Origin: Octopus vulgaris
Taxonomy: Eukaryota
Direction of reading: 5' to 3'
Assembly: GCA_951406725.2 (NCBI GenBank)
Contig: OX597815.1
Span: 122,574,001 to 122,638,000 of the forward strand
Length of the DNA stretch: 64,000 nucleotides
Part shown: in pieces, positions 59,581-64,000 of the stretch
How the letters are laid out: every line of letters starts with the position of its first letter
Position numbering within the stretch: the first letter of the stretch is position 1
The notes under the pieces: generated by a model
Database searches by the model: none
What the model saw: only the letters and a program-made list of their open reading frames with translations
What the model was told of the DNA's origin: nothing
Position numbers and translations under genes: made by a program

Positions 59581-60610
59581 CAACATCAAAAAATACCTTA
59601 GGAATGAGAACCCAGGTTTGAACTTTCCCCAAGATACCTGATGAAGGCTGGAGGGTATATCGGCCAAAACGTGTTAACAACAAATAAGATGAGAACAAAT
59701 ATCCGTCAAATGTAAATAATGTAAATTATGTATATATGAATAAGAAATAAAATTCCATTTCCAGAATTTATCTTAAATGGTATGGAGGTGGTATGTACCA
59801 GATATAGATGTAGCCAATATTTAAAGGATGTTGTGAAGTACAGCCTTTGCTGTTTTCATACATCTATAAAATTAAATGGCTGCTGAAGAGGGTGGAACCA
59901 TTAAATTGCTACACTAAAGCTTGCAATAGTTAATTCTGTCCCCAACCTTACCCATTTCAGGACCTAAATTCTACGAGGTTTGTAATTATTTGCCAGAACT
60001 TTGATAAAATAATAAGATTATAATACTGAAATAGAATTCTTAAATTATAAACTTATTTTTACAAAACTGAATTTTTGTCAACAGAAAAATTATAATTTAT
60101 TATTTTAGCTACAGCCATTCCATAAAAAGTTGCTGATCACATAAAAAAAAATACATGAATAATATATTTCTATTACATACCATGCTTGAGCATTCCCAAC
60201 TCCAAAGATGCCAATGAACCCTTCATCTGAGCCATTTTAAGTTCAGCACTGCGAAGTTCCACTCTCTTTCGGCGTTCCAGTTCAATCTGGAGATCACCTA
60301 AAAAGATAGTTATAAAATAACATATTAATTTCTCAAAATAGCTTTTATATAGATATAAAGAGAATTTACAATAATAAAAAAAGACAACAGTCAGCATCAT
60401 CATTATTATCATCATTTTGACATCTACTTCTTCTATAGTTGCATGTATCACAGAATTTGTTGAAATAAATATCTTATGGCTTAATGCCTTTGCTGTCACC
60501 AACTCTCACCTGTTTCTAAGTAAGGTAATAATTTCCCATGGCTGGATATGTTTCCATTGAAGGTTGGAAACAAAGAATACCACATGTATGGAAGTGATGC
60601 TCATTTATAT

Positions 60611-60670
<60 letters not shown>

Positions 60671-63011
60671 TCACACACATATATATATATATATTGGCCT
60701 GCCTTCCTAACCAGCAGAATGTCATCAATTAAAAGCTACAACAATGTGCGGAAGCACACTGTAACCAGTAGTATATAGTAACATCACGTAGTCTGGTTGA
60801 TACAGTGATAAAATGCTATGTATACACGATGGGCTTCTTTCAGTTTCCCTCTACGAAATCTAATCACAAGATTTTGGTCAGCCTGGGACTTTAGCAGAAG
60901 GCTTATGCCCAAGGTGTCACACAGTGGGACTGAACCCAAGCCACATGGTTGAGAAAAACAAACTTCATAACTACACAACCATATCCATGCCTATGCTATA
61001 CTTTAATACTTGCATATTTAATTTAACTACAATCTTTGTTCCTAAATTAATAATAATGATTAATAACATGAAAGAGCATCAACAACTGCATTTTATATTT
61101 CTATATTTGCAACCATCTGTTTAGTCACTTCATATAAATTGATAACATGATAAATTAAGGTAGTATACACAAATGATGAAAGAAAGAAATTCAGGTTAGC
61201 ATTGTTAATTTTGTAAATAATAGTTATTGTGAGCCTATGCTAGCAATGTTTGACATACATAACATAAAAAACAAGCCATCAAAGTTGTATACTAAGAACT
61301 GTAGTCAGTTTCAATAGATCACGAGCAGAAAATAGTCATTAAAAGAAATTTCTTATAATCAAATCAAATTTTTTTTAAATGAAAAGCATTTTTTTAAGCA
61401 AATGAGATTTATAACATAAATGATATTTTACTTTCCCTTATAATGAAAAACACACAAGGTGTAGAAATAGTATTGGATAAAGATGAAACAAGACAATTAC
61501 CTTTAGGAGCATGTCGCAAATGTGAACGCCAGTCCTCCTTTGGAATTACTTTAAGTGTAGTAATACATTCAGCTTCACCTTGTTGGTTTTTGGCTAAAAC
61601 TCTTATTTGGCCAGCATCATATTCCCTTACACGAGGAATTTCAAGATAATGTATCACACCATCATATCTTACTTTAAATCTGCTTCCCTGAAAGAAAGAA
61701 AATGGTTATAAGAATAATTGTTTCAATTGTAGAAATGTTATAAATAAGAAGTTAATTTTCTTTATAGAAATTATAGGAAAACATAATTCAACTTTTATTG
61801 TCTTTATGATTAATACTTACTCCTGCAACAAGACTTCCATTTATCCACCAAGTAACTCTTGGTCGGGGATAACCACTAACATTAACAATAAACTTAGCAG
61901 TTTCTCCTTCATCAATTTCAACCGGTTCTGGTTTAATTTCAATAATGGGTGGTGCAGGTTCTGATGGAATATCTGCATCGTCAGTATAGTTTCCAACCAT
62001 AAGAGAACTACAAATATAAATAATTTATATGTAATGAAAATGAAAATCATATTTAAAAAGCAGCAAATTCTTGTATAGTTATAATTGGAGAGTGATGTTC
62101 TGCCAATGAAACACTTGGTGTTGCTTAAGTTCAATTCTTTATTAATTACTTGATGGAATGATAATTAAGTTGCTGAATTCACATTGAAGAAAATATTGTT
62201 TTCTGTGAATGGTTTGTGTACTTCTGAAGATAAAATTAAAATTCTAGCCTAAATGCACACATGCACAAAGATACTGATATAGATTATAAATATGGAATCA
62301 TATGGAAAGAATTCTTAATATTTATATCAAATGTACTTTCTCTTTAAAATTTGGATTAAACGATATAAAAGAAAAATATTTATATAAATGACAATGACAT
62401 TTTTACATCAACAGTTTTTTGATTAAAAAGAAATAAGAGTTAATATTGATTTTATATTAACTCATAACAGAAACTTACATATTTTTGTAACTCTCCAACT
62501 GACGTAAACGGGCAATTGCTTCTTGGCCTTCAGGAAGTTGAGTTCCAATAATAATAGATGTTTTGTCTACAAAATCATAATAGAAATTTATAGTACTTAT
62601 ACCAAGTATTGGTTTTAAATTCGTGTACACTTACAAGAAGTGCATATTACTTTACATTACAATTAAAAAATATTAATTATATTTTATATCTTCATAAATT
62701 ATTAAATGAATTATAAAATAAATAAATTTCTTAGTGCTTTTAAAGAAAAGCATAGTGCTAACAAAAGCTCACACAAATCTTTCTGCTATTTACTTAGGTT
62801 ATAAATTTTAATTGGATGTTTTAACAAAAAAATTTCAGAATGTAGATTAGTGCATAATGATACATACTTAGACAAACAACTTCTGCATTTATTGTTGCTT
62901 CACCATATGCATTTGTAGCTTTTATAGTATAAATGCCTGAATCCTCTGGGATGGTGAAAAGAAGATCAAGCACAACATAGCCAAATTCATATACTGGTCT
63001 GTAACGATGAC
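13249..63011 (-). CDS. sls: Titin/kettin (sallimus-like) giant muscle protein gene, 3' portion; 27 exons, 5' end outside the window
   Basis: 27 exons with GT-AG borders and matching phases sum to 13,760 nt (2 nt + 4,586 codons including the stop). I-set Ig domains (PxF...W...(F)PEDxGxYxC). Kettin-type Ig/linker sequences ([23 protein letters not shown]...[24 protein letters not shown]...[10 protein letters not shown]). The symbol reflects family resemblance; orthology not tested. Confidence 0.88.
13855..14300 (+). mobile_element. CR1/L2-group LINE ORF2 3' fragment
   Basis: ...IICMMWKI...[14 protein letters not shown]...[18 protein letters not shown]...NNSL, typical ORF2 C-terminus. Confidence 0.7.
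15720..16320 (-). mobile_element. degenerate LINE reverse-transcriptase fragment
   Basis: [14 protein letters not shown] (RT GVPQGSVL motif) near 15790-15825. Confidence 0.6.
17495..17632 (-). CDS. titin-like small symmetric exon
   Basis: tttcag|[45 protein letters not shown]|gtaatg; 138 bp, phase 1-1; not in the ORF track. Confidence 0.8.
18778..18930. repeat. (TACA)n microsatellite
   Basis: Direct inspection. Confidence 0.9.
20516..20802 (-). mobile_element. SINE/LINE-tail repeat ending in (GAT)n
   Basis: gtccgctttccatgctagcatgggttg...ggatgcc.ttcctaatgccaaccactcc; homologous to 49055-49370, 51795-51890, 5115-5350. Confidence 0.72.
21685..21905 (+). mobile_element. tRNA-derived SINE with Nin/Deu-like core
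   Basis: gagttcaaattcc B box followed by gtcgactttgcctttcatcctttcagggtcaataaattaagcacc core. Confidence 0.75.
22849..27042 (-). CDS. titin-like giant exon: PEVK-like 47-aa and 56-aa repeats + Ig
   Basis: 4,194 bp open frame, tttcag|...|gtaagt; C-terminal Ig ([11 protein letters not shown]...[15 protein letters not shown]). Confidence 0.93.
23390..24440 (-). repeat. coding tandem repeat, 168 bp (56 aa) unit, about 6 copies
   Basis: tcatccactggttc recurs every 168 bp (approx. 23625, 23793, 23961, 24129). Confidence 0.9.
25340..26180 (-). repeat. coding tandem repeat, 141 bp (47 aa) unit, about 6 copies
   Basis: gttc(c/t)cgaggg recurs every 141 bp (approx. 25360, 25501, 25642, 25783, 25924). 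Confidence 0.9.
28090..28520 (-). mobile_element. R4/Dong-type non-LTR retrotransposon, restriction-like endonuclease fragment
   Basis: [40 protein letters not shown]...[10 protein letters not shown]; 3' end abuts (TAA)n. Confidence 0.75.
29996..33376 (-). CDS. titin-like giant exon: E/V/T-rich 90-aa repeats + Ig
   Basis: 3,381 bp open frame, ttgcag|...|gtaagt; ends with [13 protein letters not shown]...[19 protein letters not shown] Ig. Confidence 0.93.
31000..32900 (-). repeat. coding tandem repeat, about 270 bp (90 aa) unit, diverging copies
   Basis: actgttggtt at 32101, 32371, 32641; QPEV..PTVAKS..LQELPE motif repeated. Confidence 0.8.
35100..36060 (-). mobile_element. degenerate LINE fragment
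   Basis: Purine-rich plus strand; remnant TLFLIF-type RT motif near 35850. Confidence 0.35.
37174..38700 (-). CDS. titin-like giant exon: acidic/PEVK-like region with 13-14 aa repeats + Ig
   Basis: 1,527 bp open frame, ttcag|...|gtaagt; [14 protein letters not shown] repeats; C-terminal I-set Ig. Confidence 0.92.
37580..38080 (-). repeat. coding tandem repeat, 39-42 bp (13-14 aa) unit
   Basis: catcagtttgtgcaggtatttc repeated about 12 times. Confidence 0.88.
39563..39792. mobile_element. degenerate piggyBac-type MITE
   Basis: ttaacacttctgcatt ... aaggctaaagagat, resembling TTAA-CCCTTTAGCATT termini. Confidence 0.4.
40059..40370 (-). CDS. titin-like exon (one complete Ig, symmetric)
   Basis: [49 protein letters not shown]...[30 protein letters not shown]|gtaagt; 312 bp. 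Confidence 0.92.
40489..40847 (-). mobile_element. fold-back non-autonomous element carrying a hammerhead (Penelope-like/retrozyme-like)
   Basis: About 100 bp inverted arms (approx. 40544-40646 and 40749-40850); 15-bp TSD TACTCTATTATTATA at 40474-40488 and 40848-40862. Confidence 0.8.
40709..40749 (-). ncRNA. minimal type I hammerhead ribozyme, canonical core
   Basis: CCAGA-CUGAUGA-UGAG-caaaga-CUCA-GAA-ACUAGU-C^UCUGG: stem I CCAGA/UCUGG, stem II UGAG/CUCA, palindromic stem III, GUC triplet. Confidence 0.8.
41081..41295 (-). CDS. titin-like exon (Ig body)
   Basis: [71 protein letters not shown]|gtaagt. Confidence 0.9.
41556..43220 (-). mobile_element. RTE-clade LINE 3' fragment, interrupted by the piggyBac
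   Basis: YKYLGS...[14 protein letters not shown]...FAGHC...DREVWR ORF2 C-terminus; (GAT)n tail; frame continues across the TTAA. Confidence 0.88.
42143..43189 (-). mobile_element. piggyBac internally deleted derivative
   Basis: TTAA TSDs at 42139-42142 and 43190-43193; TIRs CCCTTTCGTTACTA and (reverse complement) CCCTTTCGATACCA; frameshifted transposase N-terminus (LDYFFLLF...ETNRYA...W...[18 protein letters not shown]). Confidence 0.9.
43746..43899 (-). CDS. titin-like exon (linker + Ig start)
   Basis: [51 protein letters not shown]|gtaatt. Confidence 0.85.
45148..45846 (-). CDS. titin-like exon (two complete Ig domains)
   Basis: ORF 45140..45832 extended to the cag acceptor at 45847; two I-set Ig domains; donor gtgagt. 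Confidence 0.92.
46499..46716 (-). CDS. titin-like exon (Ig body)
   Basis: [72 protein letters not shown]|gtaata. Confidence 0.9.
47550..47720 (-). mobile_element. same Nin/Deu-core SINE family
   Basis: ctggtacttaatttatcaaccccgaaaggatgaaaagcaaagtcaac is the reverse complement of the core. Confidence 0.72.
47778..47940 (-). CDS. titin-like exon (Ig start)
   Basis: [54 protein letters not shown]|gtaaag. Confidence 0.88.
48200..48755. repeat. interspersed repeat (probable TE) between (GT)n and (TTA)n
   Basis: Higher-GC block bounded by microsatellites, no coding signal. Confidence 0.45.
49055..49370 (+). mobile_element. same (GAT)n-tailed repeat family, younger copy with internal tandem unit
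   Basis: gtggcacgtaaaagcacc repeated; ggttggcgttaggaagggcatccagcc; (GAT)n tail. Confidence 0.75.
49740..50150 (-). mobile_element. R4/Dong-type fragment
   Basis: [23 protein letters not shown] motif; adjacent TAA/TGA repeat. Confidence 0.6.
50200..50417 (-). CDS. titin-like exon (Ig body)
   Basis: [72 protein letters not shown]|gttagt. Confidence 0.9.
50763..50886 (-). CDS. titin-like exon (Ig start)
   Basis: [41 protein letters not shown]|gtacag. Confidence 0.88.
52029..52464 (-). promoter_or_regulatory. cluster of five UGCAUG (Rbfox-type) motifs in the titin-like pre-mRNA
   Basis: CATGCA on the plus strand at 52029, 52149, 52290, 52385, 52459 (a sixth at 53299). Confidence 0.45.
52841..53189. 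mobile_element. near-perfect palindromic element (about 140 bp arms) inserted in (TA)n, Penelope pLTR-like
   Basis: Arms approx. 52841-52982 and 52989-53130 are reverse complements with few mismatches, mostly CpG-type; about 60 bp unique tail; (TA)n on both sides. Confidence 0.8.
52997..53047 (+). ncRNA. minimal type I hammerhead variant with G3-C8 compensatory core
   Basis: UUUGUCA-GUGAACA-G-GUUGC-ggucucaaa-GUGAC-GAA-AAUAUU-U^UGACAAA; 7-bp stem I, palindromic stem III. Confidence 0.62.
53405..53534 (-). CDS. titin-like exon (Ig C-terminal half)
   Basis: [43 protein letters not shown]|gtatgt. Confidence 0.9.
54003..54196 (-). CDS. titin-like exon (Ig N-terminal half)
   Basis: [64 protein letters not shown]|gtaata. 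Confidence 0.9.
54626..54817 (-). CDS. titin-like exon (Ig C-terminal half)
   Basis: [63 protein letters not shown]|gtgagt. Confidence 0.9.
55420..55578 (-). CDS. titin-like exon (Ig N-terminal half)
   Basis: [52 protein letters not shown]|gtaagt. Confidence 0.9.
56269..56434 (-). CDS. titin-like exon (Ig C-terminal half)
   Basis: [55 protein letters not shown]|gtatgt. Confidence 0.9.
56530..56666 (-). CDS. titin-like exon (Ig N-terminal half)
   Basis: [45 protein letters not shown]|gtatgc. Confidence 0.9.
57316..57445 (-). CDS. titin-like exon (Ig end)
   Basis: [43 protein letters not shown]|gtgagt. Confidence 0.9.
57625..57712 (-). CDS. titin-like exon (Ig middle)
   Basis: [29 protein letters not shown]|gtgagt. 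Confidence 0.9.
58285..58480 (-). mobile_element. same Nin/Deu-core SINE family
   Basis: tcaaccccaaaaggataaaaggctaagtcagccttggtgaaatttgaactcag. Confidence 0.65.
58524..58734 (-). CDS. titin-like exon (linker + Ig start)
   Basis: [36 protein letters not shown]...[21 protein letters not shown]|gtaagt. Confidence 0.88.
59200..59721. mobile_element. tRNA-headed, hammerhead-bearing inverted element (copy 2)
   Basis: 13-bp TSD TAAATTATGTATA at 59187-59199 and 59722-59734; head-to-head arms each with (AAT)n and a CUGAUGA..(G/A)AAA motif (59288-59330 minus, 59633-59675 plus). Confidence 0.8.
60181..60297 (-). CDS. titin-like exon (helical linker, symmetric phase 1-1)
   Basis: tag|[39 protein letters not shown]|gtatgt; 117 bp. 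Confidence 0.82.
61501..61687 (-). CDS. titin/kettin-like exon (Ig C-terminal half, resembles the last kettin Ig)
   Basis: [62 protein letters not shown]. Confidence 0.92.
61821..62007 (-). CDS. titin/kettin-like exon (Ig N-terminal half)
   Basis: [10 protein letters not shown]...[44 protein letters not shown]|gtaagt. Confidence 0.9.
62479..62566 (-). CDS. titin/kettin-like exon (kettin linker)
   Basis: [28 protein letters not shown]; tag|...|gtaagt; phases fit neighbours. Confidence 0.88.
62868..63011 (-). CDS. titin/kettin-like exon (C-terminal half of a kettin-type Ig)
   Basis: ttgcag|[48 protein letters not shown]|gtatgt; absent from the ORF track. Confidence 0.9.
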
Positions 63012-63611
63012 CTGCAACATTTTAAAAGAAAAGCATTAATTAGTCATGGAAAAATATAACATCAAAGTAAAATAATTTTCATTTTTAAACCCATTGCATA
63101 AAATGATATGAGTTCATGTTAGCTTGACATTTATCAGCATAAAATAGTAATAAATAATGAAGAGTCAGAGGAGAATAAGTAAATAAAGTGAAGCTGAGGA
63201 TGGAAACAAGATGCTTGAATTTACTAACCAACACAAAGGTATGACCAAAAATAAAAGTTAGAAGTCTAAACTGATCGCAATTTCCTATTGTAAGAAGTCA
63301 CTTTAAATATTTCTTCATCCTATTATAAAAAGTTGTTTCAGCAAAAATTGAGATAAATTCATGAGTGATCTATTTAAAGGATTTGACTTAATTCAAAGAA
63401 AAATACTTTCAGGGTTATGTGCTCATTTATATTCATGAGCACATGCATATACGCACACACACACACAGAGAAACTTATATGCCAAAACATTTATGGTTAG
63501 TTGCAGTATTACTCATTTGTTGAGAACCAATTCAATATGGTGATAAATGAATATTAATATTTAAATATTTCTAATCACAGAAGTAAGAAAATAAATTGGA
63601 TATCTCTCTCT

Positions 63612-63765
63612 CTTTTACTTGTTTCAGTCATTTGACTGTGGCCATGCTGGAGCACCGCCTTTAGTCGACCAAATCAACTTATTCTTTGTAAGCATAGTAC
63701 TTATTCTATCGGTCTCTTTTGCTGAACTGCTAAGTTACAGGGATGTAAACACACCACCATCGGCT
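63612..63765 (-). mobile_element. SINE 3' fragment
   Basis: ttttacttgtttcagtcatttgactgtggccatgctggagcaccgcc; homologous to 9518-9660. Confidence 0.6.
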
Positions 63766-64000
63766 ACTAATATTATAGAACAGAAAGTAGAAATGACTAG
63801 GGTGGAGCTAAGTGATCAATTTATGAAATAATCTATAAATCAAATAAAATGTATAAGGTTGCAAAAAATGTTTGTGATTTCTACAAATAGTTAGCTATTA
63901 ATGTGATTAGAATTTAGTAAATTTGTTGTATTTTTGTTGTAAATTCTGAGAGTAAGTATAAAAGTTTGTCGATAGAGTATTTCTATAAAGTTATCTTTTA

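Overview
AT-rich, microsatellite- and SINE-dense eukaryotic DNA; the repeat families look cephalopod (Octopus-like), which is an inference. The window holds the 3' part of a giant minus-strand titin/kettin (sallimus-like) muscle gene. I traced 27 GT-AG exons by hand from 63011 down to 13249. They total 13,760 nt and stay in one reading frame (about 4,585 aa): about 15 I-set Ig domains, three giant E/V/P/K/T-rich exons with internal repeats, and an unexpected last exon encoding a hydrophobic transmembrane helix with a Cys-rich tail, i.e. a candidate tail-anchored titin. The introns and the downstream flank contain several unrelated small fold-back insertions, three with 13-15 bp target-site duplications, carrying minimal type I hammerhead ribozyme motifs. 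One hammerhead is fully canonical, one has a G3-C8 compensatory core, and one family is fused to a tRNA-derived head; together they resemble non-autonomous Penelope/retrozyme-type elements. Also present are a piggyBac deletion derivative nested in an RTE LINE, R4/Dong and other LINE fragments, SINEs and simple repeats. Most short ORFs in the supplied track are microsatellite or antisense artefacts.
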